64,000 bases of DNA from the human T2T-CHM13v2.0 reference genome, Homo sapiens. The stretch is taken from assembly GCF_009914755.1 (NCBI RefSeq), contig NC_060947.1; one strand, written 5' to 3'. A model generated the notes under the pieces. That model made no database searches and was not told the DNA's origin. It saw nothing but the letters and a program-made list of their open reading frames with translations. Within the stretch, counting starts at the first letter, position 1; each line of letters begins with the position of its first letter. The position numbers were made by a program, and so were the translations under genes. Positions 1-16,580 of the stretch are shown here, piece by piece.

Positions 1-109
1 AATCTAACCCTCATGTGTATAAATTGATGTCCCATACCAAATTTTAATGATTATCTTGCAAAATTCAGTACTCATAATGGTGAGAATTGACAATACAGTA
101 GAAGATTCC

Positions 110-513
110 TGTGTTAGTCCATTCTTGCATCGCTATGGAGGAATACCTTGGACTGGGTAATTTATAAAGAAAAGAGATTTAATTGGCTCATAGTTCTGCA
201 GACTGTAAAACCATGGCATCAGCATCGGCTTGGCTTCTGGGGAGGCCTTAGGGAGCCTTTACTCATGTTGGAAGGTGAAGCGGGAGCAGGCACGTCACTT
301 GGCAAGAGCAGGAGTGAGAGAGATAATGAGGAAGTGCCACATACTTTTAAACAACCAGATCCTGTAAGAACTCACTCACTATCATGACGACAGCACCAAG
401 CCTTGAAGGATCCACCCCCGTGATGGAAACACCTTCCACCAGGCCCCACCTCCAACACTGGGGATCACATTTCAGCATGAAATTTGCGTAGGACAAATAT
501 CCAAAACATATCA
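110..513 (-). mobile_element. MaLR solo LTR, MST-like (MSTA/MSTB)
   Basis: Starts TGTGTTAGTCCATTCTTGCAT and ends CCAAAACATATCA, the reverse complement of MST LTR ends. About 400 bp with typical internal motifs (GGGTAATTTATAAAGAAAAGAG, AGAACTCACTCACTATCATGA). Confidence 0.85.
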
Positions 514-691
514 TATCCTTTGCTGAGTTATGCATTCCTTTATCAATCTCTTTTAATACAAATTTAAAAGCATGAATCTTCAAAAAACCATGTTTCTTTA
601 AAATAAAATCTGATGTCCAAAGAACCTTGTTCCTTATCAAATTAAGCCGCAGTTAACCACAAATTTAGGAATACCCATTTCCTGAATTATT

Positions 692-727
692 GGCTTAATT
701 TGAATTTTCGGCTTAATTTGAATTTTC
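692..727. repeat. Perfect 18-bp tandem duplication (GGCTTAATTTGAATTTTC)x2
   Basis: Direct reading: 692-709 is identical to 710-727. Confidence 0.95.
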
Positions 728-1199
728 CTCCCTTCTGTTTCTAACACAAAAATCTGCCTGTTGTGCTGTACAAATAAGTTTACAATGTCCTGTGCCATAA
801 AGTGATTTATTTATTGTTTTTGTTGTTTGGTTTTGAAAATGATATTGTAATAAGTTCCTAAAAACATTTTATTAAACAACTAGACATTTTGCTATTAAAT
901 AAATGTGATCTGTAATTTCTTTGTTCAGAATGATATGAAGTATTGTCTTTAGTTTAAACTCATTATTGGTGCATAATTAATATCTTACGAAAATTCATTT
1001 TGTTATACTATTTAAAAAATACAAATTTTGATATAAATATAAATATTTATTTAGGCTAAGGAAGCACAAGCTATTGCAAATTATGAAAGCTGACAATTAC
1101 TATAAACATGATGGCCTTTTCCACAAACATTTGTTGATAGTCTGTAAACAGATTATATTAATAATGATCATTAACGGAAGTCAAATATATTATTCATCT

Positions 1200-2185
1200 A
1201 TTGATATTACTTGTCAAACCCAATGGTCACTTTATTATCTTCTACTTACTCAATAGTTCAGCAGCATTTGGCATAGTTGACTACTCCCTACTTAAAATAT
1301 TTTCTTCTATCTTCTTCTATGACATCACACTTCTGGTTTTTCTTTTACTTCGCTGGCTGATTTTTTCAGTCTCTTTTTCTGACTTCTACTCCTCTACTGA
1401 AATTGTAGAAAATTGAGTGTTCCAAGAATTTAATACTAGGCCACTTTTTGCTGTTTTGCTGTCCTTATTATACTCGTTTTCTAAGTGATTCCATTTCACT
1501 GCACGGGTTTGAATAACAAACAGTCCAAGGACCTCAAATTGTATCTCCAGCCTTGATGTCTCCACTGAGCTTCTGACTTATCAGGATATATCTAACTCCT
1601 ACACATTATCTCTGTTTGGTTGCTGAATAGGCATCTCCAATCTAGCACACAACAAATGGACCTTTTGATTTCTCTCTAAATAAATCTGTACCTCTCCTAG
1701 TCTTTTGGCGTCTCAGAAAATTGTATTACCATTCATCTAAATGCTCAAGCCAAAAGCCTGATAATAATCCTAGATTTATCTTTTTCCCTCAACACCCTGC
1801 ATTCAATCCATGAATAAATCTTCTCAACTTTGTTTCTAAAATAGCATCAGAATATGTCCATTTCCTCCTGTTTTTTCCACTACCACCCTGGTCTAAGTCA
1901 GCATCATATTCTGCCTAAACTTTTGTAATGCCTTCCTAACATCTTTCTACTCCCATTCCCCATAGTCTCACCTTCCCATAGAACATAGAATGATAATGTA
2001 TAAAGGTAATTCTTATCACATCACTTTCATGCCTAAAATCCTCTAGTGGCTTGCCATTTTCTGAGAATAAAATCCAAATTGTTTACTCAGACTAACCAAC
2101 AAACCCCTTCATAATCTGGATACTCGGACTCTCCAAAATCAATTCCCAACACTCTCCGTAGCTCACTATGCTCAAGGCATGTTGG
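1200..2185 (+). mobile_element. L2 LINE remnant
   Basis: L2 3'-region motifs CAGCAGCATTTGGCATAGTTGACTACTCCC, TGCTCAAGCCAAAAGCCT and ACTACCACCCTGGTCTAAG. Boundaries approximate. Confidence 0.7.
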
Positions 2186-2884
2186 CTCAGTCAAGTTGAC
2201 ATATGAAATTAACCTTCAAAATATGCAAAAGTACGCATAAAATAGTATAGGAAAGAGTTGCATTACTCAATAATTATTCTGAGAAAATCAGATAAGTACT
2301 TAGGAAAAGATGACTTACCTCCTTACCTTACTTGCCACATGGAAATACATTCCAAATGTGTTAAAGAGTTAACTATAAAAAAACTATTAAACATAACCTA
2401 AAAGTGTGGGGATTATCACAAGAATGAATAATCAGATTTCCCACTAATAGAACACTACTGAACATACCAAAAGGTATGTATCTGCCAAAATTTAAAGGCT
2501 ATACTTGAGATACAGCATTTGGTTAATAGATTGTATAGTCAAATACATCTTTTTCTTTGATATTTATTTTACCGCTTCTACATTTGTAAATTCTTGATTT
2601 TCAAGAGAGTTGATATTCACTTGTGATTTTTCTACCTGAGCGTCTGTTTCCTTTTATAATTAAAATATGAATTATAGTTAATACGAAATTAATATTAAAT
2701 CCAAATTAGAGACCTAGAAACATATTGGCGAATCCTTTACAACTTGACCCTTTCTCTTTAAACTTAATGCAAAACTGGGCTTCCAAAGAATTCTCTAGTA
2801 GTTCCCAGAATAATGATTTGTGTCTATCCTATCAATCCCTCCTGTCTTGTGCAATGAAAAGCCTATAGTAGAAAGAAAATAATG

Positions 2885-3085
2885 GAAAGAGTATAGCATT
2901 TGAAATCAGTCTGATCTAGGCTCAAATTTCAGCTGTATTACTTATCATCTCTTTGAATGGGAGCAGCTTATCTGGCTCCTGGGAATTACATTTCTAAAAT
3001 GGGGGCAAAACTAGGATACCCATGAGATTAAATGAAACAATGTTTGTAAGGCATCTAGCATATAGAAAATAACAAATGTTAGCAG
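2885..3085 (+). mobile_element. MIR SINE
   Basis: CTAGGCTCAAAT..., TCTAAAATGGGG..., GAGATTAAATGAAACAATG...AAATGTTAGC match the MIR core and tail. Confidence 0.65.
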
Positions 3086-3339
3086 TCTTTCTCTCTCTTT
3101 CACCTACCCCTCTGGGGTTGTAACTAGCTCAGCATTCATTACCGGCATGCTCAACACGGTTTAGTTGCTAAACTTAATTCATCTACAAACTGATGGAGTC
3201 AGCTGGATACCCCTGAAATAAAAATTGTAACATAGAAGTTGTATTTTCCAATAATATTCCACAGAACATGTTGGCAGGACACGAGTTCAACTGTCAATTC
3301 ACTAAAGGAAGGCAAGCTTCTTTCTAGTATGTTTTGTGA

Positions 3340-3880
<541 letters not shown>

Positions 3881-5194
3881 TCCTCCTGCAGGGATGACCC
3901 CATAGTTATCTTCTGGATAAGGTTGAGGGCAGCAAATAGTATAACAATACAGTCTAACACATCTGGTGTCTCAAATACATGGCTTTCATTTGAGGTAACC
4001 ATAGAGTATCTAAAAGGCTGAGGTAAGACAGCTGTCACTTGAGTGAAATAGTGAAATGGTGTATGCAGATTAGTCATTTGTGGATTCTGTTAGGTCCATC
4101 ATTGTAATGTGTTATGAAAAATCTGTTTTGGTGCTTTAATACTTCAAACTATGTTTTCTGCTCTAGGGAGAAGACAGCCTTCAGCTATGATGCAATGCTA
4201 TGCCCTTTCGCTCTTTAAAAGATCTAGACAAGAATGGCCTATTTGTGAGCAGTGCTTCTGTGTCTTTTGTAGAACCACAGTTGAAAATATTGCCTACTGT
4301 GCTACTCAATACCCTTTAGACAAAGACCCACTGATATCATCAGAAATTTTGTCTGCAGACAAAGCTTGTTTTTATAGACTAGTATTTGTGATTTTCTTCT
4401 TCAGACAATAATAAGAGAAAAGATCCACCATGCTTCCCTCTTTGGAATTTCATTGCCAGAAATCTTGGTACCCAGTTCATTGCCAAATTATAGTTAGTGG
4501 CTTCATGCAGCTGCCTGGTAGAATTTGCTCCCTGTTGACTTTTGTGTCTGGTCTATTTTATTCCCTGATAGTCAAGATCTGCATTTTTAAAACATCTAAC
4601 CTGTCTCAAATGCTTTTGGAAATAATCCAAATAGTGAATCCTGAAAAAAAATTTTTAATGTAAGCCATAATTATAAGCTAACTCAAAAGAAAATGTTTCA
4701 GTTGGTACTACGATATCTACAAAGGGGTAGAACACATTATGCCTAAACATTAATGTACTGTAAAGTCTCCTAGCTCTTAGGCCCTAGACTGCAAAAACGT
4801 TTTTTAAAATGTACATCTATCACAGAGCATTGCATGTAAATGCTTTTATGTGTGGAAATTCATAGCTAGATTGTGAACCTGACGAAGACAGAAATTCATG
4901 TCATATTTGTATTTCCAGCATCTCTCCTGTAGCTCCAAAGGGGAAGAAGAATTTCCTATACATAGAGCACCTTGATATATAGTGGAACTCAGAGAGGTTA
5001 AATAACTTGCCTGAGGTCATACAGCTAGGAGTCGCAAAGGTGAAATTAGGAATGAGTGCTGTGTCACTCCAGAGTGTGAACTTTGCATTATTCCAGTATT
5101 TCTCAAAGTAAAGCAGCATATGTACAACTGGTGAAATGGCACAGCCAGGTATGAATCTTTTAAATTTAATTAAATTATTTTATTTAAAATAATA

Positions 5195-6022
5195 ATTATT
5201 ATTTTTATTGAAAAATTACAATAGTATACATTTTACGGTACAATGTGATGTTTTGATATCTGTATACAATGTGGCATGATTAAATCAAATTAACATATCC
5301 ATCACTGCATTTACTTATTTTTTGTGATGAGAAATGTGAAATTTAGTCTTTGCTATTTTGAGATATGCAATGCATTATTATTGATTCTAGTCACTGCCTT
5401 AGTCCATTTGTGTTGCTATAAAGAAATACCTGAGGCTATGCAATTTATTAAAGAAAAAGGTTAATTTGGCTTATAATTTTAATGTCTGAAAAATTTCAAG
5501 ATTGGACATCTGGATCTGGAGAGAGCCACTCAATTGGTGGCAGAAGGTAAAGGTGAGCTGGCATGTGCCGAGATCACATGGTGAGTGAGAGCAAGCAAGA
5601 GAGATGGCGGAGATGCCAAGCTCTTTTTAACAATTGGGTCTTGTGGAAACAGATAGAGTGGGAACTCATTCATTACTGTGCGGATGGCACCAAGCTATTC
5701 ATGAGGGATCTGTCCCCATGAACGAAACATCTCCCACCAGGCCCCGCCTCCAACACTGAGGATCAAACTTTAACATCAGATTTGAAGGGGCCAAACAAAC
5801 AATATCCAAACTTTAGCAGTTGCCCTCCTGTGCAATAAGTCTTAAAACTTCTTTCTCTTACCTCTCTGAAACTTTTTACCCTTTGACTGATAACTTTTCA
5901 TTCCCTTTCTTCCTCTTCTCTCCAGTCTCTGGTAACCATCATTCTACTGTCTACTTCTATGAGTTCAATATTTTTAGATTCCACATGTAAGTGAGATTAT
6001 GTGATATTTATCTTTCAGTGCC
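5195..6022 (-). mobile_element. L1MA-type 3' end, split by an MST LTR
   Basis: Antisense L1M 3' UTR motifs (GTACAATGTGATGTTTTGATA; CTCTGGTAACCATCATTCTACT...GATTCCACATGTAAGTGAGAT) lie on both sides of the LTR. Confidence 0.75.
5395..5818 (-). mobile_element. MaLR solo LTR (MSTB/MSTD-like) nested in L1
   Basis: TGCCTTAGTCCATTTGTGTTGCTATAAAGAAATACCTGAGGCT ... ATATCCAAACTTTAGCA, with TG...CA ends. Confidence 0.8.
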
Positions 6023-7049
6023 TTTCAAGGCTCTGGCAGGCCTTGACTGCTCTTCTGCTGAGCCAGGTGAAGATCTAAAAGGCAGAATGTCCAGAAAGGA
6101 AATAGCTAAAGACTTTAATCAGCACATGATCATGGTTTGGGGGTGTAATAAGGCAGAAGCTCCCCAGAGTGGAAGAAAATGAAGTCCAGCCTCAGAAATC
6201 TGGACTTGGTACATGGTTGGGAGCTGCTGAAGGTTTCTGAGTAGGGCATAATCTAAACAGAGATCAGCCCATCGAATATTCATCTAGCACTACGGAGAAC
6301 TCTGTGCTCACATAAAAGATTATCTTAACCAGTTGGATTTCAGACGAACTCTAAATAGCCCAGAAATATTCTGCTTGATACTCATTGCAAGGCTAATCAT
6401 ATTTGGCTTGTTTCTATTTATCAAGTACATTATTGTGTGACAATAGGTTGAATTTTGAATGAGAACATTGTAGGAAGAAACACACTGAAGGCTGTAAGGA
6501 AAATAGAACAGTTGTTTGATTAGTCTTCCAGATTTTTGCAGTTAAAGTGATTCCACGTTAAAAGAGGCAGAGTGGATTTTTTCTCAATTTTTTTCTTAAA
6601 CCAGAGCACCTCAAAATCTCTTGATAACCTTGGATGCTCTCCTGGGCAACATGTGCAACATCTGATGATTTATACTTCATTTCTTAAGATTTACTTGGTC
6701 CTGTCTCCAAATGTAATCCCATTTGCCCTTGCCTTATGTTTGTTTTTTATGTTTATTTTATGAATCTATTGCTTCTTTCCTCTGCTTCCTTGTCTGTATC
6801 TTCTTACTTAATCCTATTTGATATATCCTCTGGAATTTCTCTTTTCACTCACTGATCTTCGTTTGTCAGTACCTCATAACCATGATCCTAAACTCATTTT
6901 GCAGAGATAAGCTGGTTTTCTCACAAGCCTAGAAGGGTATGTTTCCGGTTTCTGAAAACGCCACTGATCATTGCTTGAAGAATAGAAACTACCGACAAGA
7001 GAGAAGACCCTATGATATTACACTTTTAAAAAATGTTTTGTAATTTTTT

Positions 7050-7232
7050 CCAATATTGATTTTTTTACTATGGTAAGAATATTTAACATAAGATTTACAC
7101 TCTTAACAAGTTTTAAAGTGTACAATAAAGCACCATTAACTGTATGTATGATATTGTACTGCAGATCCCCCAAATTTATTCACCTTGCATAACTAAAACT
7201 TTATACCCATTGCACAATAACTCAGTGTTTTA
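7050..7232 (-). mobile_element. L1M 3'-end fragment
   Basis: AACATAAGATTTACACTCTTAACAAGTTTTAAAGTGTACAAT...CATAACTAAAACTTTATACCCATTG. Confidence 0.65.
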
Positions 7233-7299
7233 CCAGTTGTTTAAAGATTTTACTATTGTTTAATTGTAAAAATTAAAACCAATTGTTTCAGACTTGCAA

Positions 7300-8722
7300 T
7301 TTTCGACATAGGCTCAAGCCTAGGTGCTTACCTCCTTTCCTTTCCAAAACTCGATGAAAATCACAGTGAAGAAAAAGCAAGATAATAATTCATAAGAACC
7401 AAGAGAAGAAGTTGGATAGGAGAAACATCTGCAAGTAAAAATAACAACAAATATCTGGAAAATTAAAAGTGGATGAGCCACAAGTAAGGAAGCCAAAGAC
7501 TAAAATTTGTGTGAAAAGGCAGTAGCAAAAGAGGGAGTCGATCTGTTCTGCTAAAGGCCAGAGAACTCAGAGCTCAGAAATGACAGGCACTACAGAAGGC
7601 AGAAATGAGAAAGACTGAAAGTAGAACGGTTATCTTGAGATCTAAATACACCTTACCCACCTTCTCTTCTATAGATATGCGGAACAGTCCGGCAGGTGTT
7701 TACCTGCCAGGAAGATAAAAGAGGGTTCTTTTCTAATGTAATGAAATGAAATGAATCACCTAGGGAAAATTAATATGAGAGCTGGTATCCCGAAGCAAAA
7801 CCCCCATATTGACATTTATGGATCCCAAAGCAAAATATTTATTTTCTATCAGTTTAACCTAAAATGAAAGCTGTTGTTAACCAGCCAGAAATACATGAGA
7901 GCAGAAAATTCACAGGTTTTCTATTGCCTCATTCTACATATGAATGGGCAAGCATCAATGCAGATATGAGGAAAATATGAGATACCAAAGAGAAAAATTA
8001 AGATCTAAAAATGGAAAAAAGTGATATCAAAGGAAATAGAAATGATTCAAAGAACAGAAAACGGGAAAAAAGAGGAGGAGAGGAAGAGGAAAAGAAATGG
8101 CATGAAAAGGTGTAGCATCAAGGGCAACAGCAGCCACAGCCAGTATGCTGTACTGGGTTTGTGAGGGAGTGGAGGCAACAAGTCACAAGGGAAGTCCTTT
8201 GCATCAAACAACAACAACAACAACAAACAAAAAACATGAAACAAAAAACAAGAATAAGATGTTATGAAACAGGTATGATTAGAGATCAATAAAGAATTCT
8301 CAAAAATTAAAAGATTGCTGAAATTAAAAAGCTAACTAAAATATAATAATGGAAACCACTTTAAAGACACAATGAAACTAAGAAAAGAATTAAGAGAAGA
8401 AATACTTTTAAAAAACAGAAACTTAGTATGAGCAGTCTAACATCCAACAATCAGGTGTTCTGGAAAGACGGAATTGAGAATATGAATGGGATGAATTGCT
8501 AGAAGAAAGAAAAGAGAATTTCCTGGAGCTAAAGGGCTTGAGTTTTCCAAATGTTGCAGCCCAGCACAGAATAAAAGTGAAAATATCTACACTTCAATAC
8601 ACCAGTGTGACATTTCAGAACAGCTACAATAAGATTTTAAGAGAAAACATTAGGTTGCCTACAAAGGAATAATAAGCAGACCTACATCAAATATGGCGTC
8701 AGCAAAAGAAGATGCTAAAAAC
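7300..8722 (+). mobile_element. Ancient L1 (L1M/HAL1-like) 5' region and ORF1 remnant
   Basis: A-rich sequence with decayed ORF1 motifs (AACATCCAACAATCAGGTGTTCTGGAAA, AATTTCCTGGAGCTAAAGG, GTTGCCTACAAAGGAATAATAAGCAGACC). Confidence 0.5.
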
Positions 8723-8723
8723 A

Positions 8724-8940
8724 CCATATATATAGTATCTATATATATCTATAGATACTATATATGGATTCTATAGATATAGATAGTGTCAAAGTGCTAT
8801 ATACACAGGGTTCTTAATATACACATTATAATCTATATATACATATATATGCATATTATATATATGTGTATTATTCACACATATATATACACACATATAT
8901 AACACATATATGTGTGTATATAGATTATAATGCATATATC
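8724..8940. repeat. (TA)/(CA)-rich low-complexity tract with nested inverted repeats
   Basis: Direct reading; see findings. Confidence 0.85.
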
Positions 8941-9297
8941 TTTTTTCTAATAAGCAGAAACTTTAGGGAAGAAAGCATAATGACCTTTTGAAAACCTTTC
9001 CCTTCCTAGCATTTGATAAATCTTTAATATGGAATCCGATTATACAGAGGAAAATGTATTGGAACCTGGGCTCACTGCAGTGTAAGAGGTGCTGGAAACA
9101 GAAATGAATTAAGAACATCCTGTGCCTCAAGATTATTTCAAACCAAAAGGGGAGTAAAGTAAGAAAAAGTCAATTCATGCTTGATGTTATGTGTGAAGAA
9201 ATAAATGGTTATGTCCTTTTGGGTTTTCTCAGAGAGTTTCATGGAGAAGAGAATTTTAACTGGACCTTGAATGAGGAGAAGGCGTTTGGTTAGTAAT

Positions 9298-12082
<2,785 letters not shown>

Positions 12083-13850
12083 ATAGGCTTTCGGAAGGAA
12101 GATATCCAGGAGAAGGACACCCTAATATGGAAAGTCTTGGTGAAAGTTTGTATGAAAGGCAACCTCTGTCTGGGGAAAGTGAATATGTAGCATGGGCTAA
12201 GCATAGAGGTAATAGGAGAAGAATCTGGGAAGCCTAGATAATGTCAAATCCCAAAGAGCCTTGGATTTTTTATTCAGGAAATGAAAGAAAAGCATTGTGG
12301 GCCTTTTAAAGATGAAAAACAACATGATTGGACCTGAGTTGTAGGATGAGCCCTTTGATACATTGGTGATGGGTTGACAGGATCAGAGTCAAGGTGAAGA
12401 GTGGGACCCCATTGTAATTTTTGAGCCAAGAAATTGGGAAGTGATGAAGAGAAAAATGGCAGTGTGCATGGAAGAGAGGACTTTAAGAGAACCTGGTGAC
12501 TAGTGGGCTATGAGGTAGAGAGGGGAGCAAGCGAGACAAAACAGGAATGAGTTGAAGATGACTCCAGTGTTCTCAGATGGGATACATTTAATTGAGGAGT
12601 AAGAAGGAGAATGTTGACACCAAGACAGTAAACTAGTTTTCAGCCTTCATCTTTCTGAGAGAAATGCTGATTTTGACAAACACACATGGATGAGAGTACC
12701 TTTGCAGGAGGCCAGGAATATGGTGGATGGGTCCCAGAACACCACAAAAGTAACGAACCCAAGAGTGGACACATTGAAAAAGGTAAGAAGAACAGTTTCA
12801 CTTTGCCTACATCATTCCTTTCCCAAGGTAACACAGATCAGTGCCAAGAAAGAACCCCTCAACCCATGATTTATCCCACAGGGGAAATTGAGAGCACAGT
12901 GAATGCCTGGATGCTCAGCCATGAGGTATGATGCCCAAAAGCTAACTTACTTCTTGTCCCATTCAGAATACTGAGGAGATAAGCAAAGCTGAATAGTCTT
13001 TGGGCATCTAGGAGTATGAAAAAGAGATGAGAGTTCACAGCAACTGGGAAATGGAATTCAACAAAGAACTATGACTTATACCTGTCCGGAAGACTCCCTC
13101 AAGAGGTCTTCCCACAAACATGGTAGGATGCATCACCTTTGGGGTTCCTTCCCCCATCTAACTCTTGTGTACTCCCAGCATTCCCTGTGCCCCTTCCTCT
13201 CACATAGCAAACTCCCCACATATGTCCCCACAGACAGTATACATGATCCTCTACAGATAATGCATGAACACACACATCCATTAACTCAGAGACCAGTTAT
13301 TTGAAATTATCCTGTCAGAGGAAAAAAAAAAGAATTGAGAGGAGTGAAGAAAGTTTACAGTTTTTATGGGACACCATCAAGGGAACTGATACACAAATTA
13401 TGGTTGTCTCAGAAGAAGAGAGAATGAAAGGGAAGAAGGCTTATTTAAAGATGGCTGAAAAGTTCCACAATCTTGTTAGGGATATGGACATACAGGTTTA
13501 TGAGGCTCTAAGGTGTACAACAGGATCAACCCGAAGATGATTCACCAAGACAAATCTAAGCAAATGATCAAAAGTCAAAAATAAAGATAATTTTTGAAAG
13601 CGGCAAGAGAAAAGCAACTCATCACTTACAAGGGAACCTCTGTGAGGCTCCCAGCAAATTTATCAGGAGAAACCTTGCAGGCCAGGACAGAGTGAAATAA
13701 TATATCCAAAATGCTGAATGAAAAATCTCCTGCAAGTCAGGAATATTATATCCAGCAAAGCTTCCTTCCCCAAAGAAGGAGAGACAGTGACTTTCCCAGA
13801 TAAAAGCTGAGAGTATTCATCACCATTAGACCTAATTAAAGCTCACTGGT

Positions 13851-14162
<312 letters not shown>

Positions 14163-15403
14163 AAAGCTCACTGGTAAAGGTATGTATATAGTCAAATATA
14201 GAATACTCTCATACTGTAATGGAGGTACATAAATCACTTCTAACTCAAGTATAAAGGTTAAAAGAAAAATATTAAAAATAGCTATAGCTACATAATACCT
14301 TAAATAATACACAAAGAAAAATATGTAAATTATGACATATATAACATAAATTGTGGAATGGGGGAATAAAATCTGGAGCTTTTGTATACAATTTTCTTAT
14401 CAGCTTATAATAGGAAGTTATCACTTTAAGATATTTTAAGTCTTCTTCATGATAAGGCCAAACAAAAAACCTATAGCAGACATACAAAAGAAAACGGAAA
14501 AGTAATCAAAGTGCTCCACTACAAAAAAAGGTATCAAATCACAAAAAAGATGACAAGAGAAAAAGAAAGAGAAAAGAAAATATGAAACAGTTAAAAAACA
14601 ATAAAGAAAATACAATAGTAAATCCTTACTTAATAATTAATTTAAATTTAAATGAATCAAATTCTCCAATAAAAACCTGTAGCGTGGCTGAATCAATTTT
14701 AAAAAATCCAACAATATACTGTATACAAGAGACGGACTTTAACTTTCAAGAAATACACAGCCTGAAGGTGAGCTGATAGTAAAAGATATTCCATGCAAAT
14801 GGAAACCAAAAATGAGCAGAGGTAGCTAAACACACATTAGATAAAATAGAATTCAAGTCAAAAACTGTTAAAAGGGACAAAGAAGGTCATTATACAATAG
14901 TATAGGGGTCAATTTTTCAAGGAGATATAACAATTATAAATACATATTCATCCAACATTTGAGTATCTAAATATATAAAGCAAATGTTAACAGAACTAGT
15001 GTCAGAAATAGAAAAACAATAACAGTAAGGAACACCAATAACCCACTTTCAACACTGGATAGATCATTCAGAGAGAAAATCAGTAAGAAGTGGAGTTGAA
15101 CAACAATATAAACTACATAGATCCCACAGACATATACATAACAATTTATCCAACAGCAGAAGAATACACATTCAAGTGTACATGGAACATTCACTGAGAC
15201 AGATCATATATTGGGAAAAACAAGTCTTAACAAATTTAAGAAGATTAGAATTATATCAAGTATCTTTCCTAATCACAATAGTATGAAACTAGATATCAAT
15301 AACAGAAGGAAACTTTGAAAAATTACAAATATGTGTAAATTAAAGAACACATTCCTGGACAACTAGGAGGTGAATGAAAAAATCAAAAAGGATATAAAAA
15401 ATA

Positions 15404-15570
15404 CCTAGATGACAGGTTGATAGGTGCAGCAAACCATCATGGCACATGTATACCTATGTAACAAACCTGCACTTTCTGCACATGTATCCCAGAACTTAAA
15501 GTAAATATATATATATGTGTGTGTGTGTGTGTATGTGTGTATATATACATATATATATGTATATATACAC
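15404..15570 (+). mobile_element. Short L1PA 3' tip with a (TA)/(TG) microsatellite tail, nested in the older L1
   Basis: GGTTGATAGGTGCAGCAAACCATCATGGCACATGTATACCTATGTAACAAACCTGCAC...CCAGAACTTAAAGTA. Confidence 0.8.
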
Positions 15571-16219
15571 TGAGAAAAATGAAAATGAAAAAACAACAAA
15601 ACTTATGGAATTCAGCAAAAGCAGTTATAAGACAGAAGTTTATAGCGCTAAATTAAAAAAAAATCTCAAATCAACAACCTAATGTTACACCACAAGAAAC
15701 AAAAATAGAAGAAACTAAGTCCGAAATGAGCAGAAGTAATGAAATAATGAAGATTAGATCAGAAATAAATAAAATAGCAGAAAAACTACAGAAAAGATCA
15801 ATAAAACAGTCTTTTTTTTTTAAAGATAAACAAAACTGACAAACCTTTAGCTGGACTAAACGAGAGAGAGAGAGAGAGAGAGAAAGAGGACTCAAATAAA
15901 TAAAATTATAAATAAAAGGGGGGCACTACAACTAATACCACAGGGGGGAAAATGATTATGGAGATTAAAATGAACAGTTGTATGCCAACAAATTGGATAA
16001 CTTAGAAGAAATGGATAAATTCCTAGATAAATACAATCTACCATGACTAATTCATGAATAAATAGAAATATGAATGCACCAATAATGACTAAGGAGATTG
16101 ATTCAGTAATCAAACACCTCCCAATGAGAGATGCTCAGGACCTGATGGCTTCACAGGTGAAATTTACCAAACACTTAAAGAAGAATTAATGCCAATCCAT
16201 CTCAAACACTTCCAAAATT

Positions 16220-16580
16220 CTACTATGCAGCCATAAAAAAGGATGAGTTCATGTTCTTTGCAGGGACATGGATGAAGCTGGAAACCATCATTCTCAGCAA
16301 ACTAACACAAGAACAGAAAACCAAACACCATATGTTCTCACTCATAAGTGAGAGTTGAACAATGAGAACACATGGACACAGGGAGGGGAACATCACACAC
16401 ACACACGGGGGCCTGTCAGTGGGTGGGGAGCTATGGGAGGGATGGCATTAGGAGAAATACCTAATGTAGGTGATGAGTTGATGGGTGCAGCAAACCAAGA
16501 CGGCACATGTATACCTATGTACCAAAATTGCATGTTCTGCACATGTACCCCAGAACTTAAAGTATTAAAAAAAGAAGAAA
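16220..16580 (+). mobile_element. L1PA (PA6/7-like) 3' fragment nested in older L1 ORF2
   Basis: TACTATGCAGCCATAAAAAAGGATGAGTTCATG...GAACTTAAAGTATTAAAAAAAG. The host ORF2 resumes at ~16583. Confidence 0.85.
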
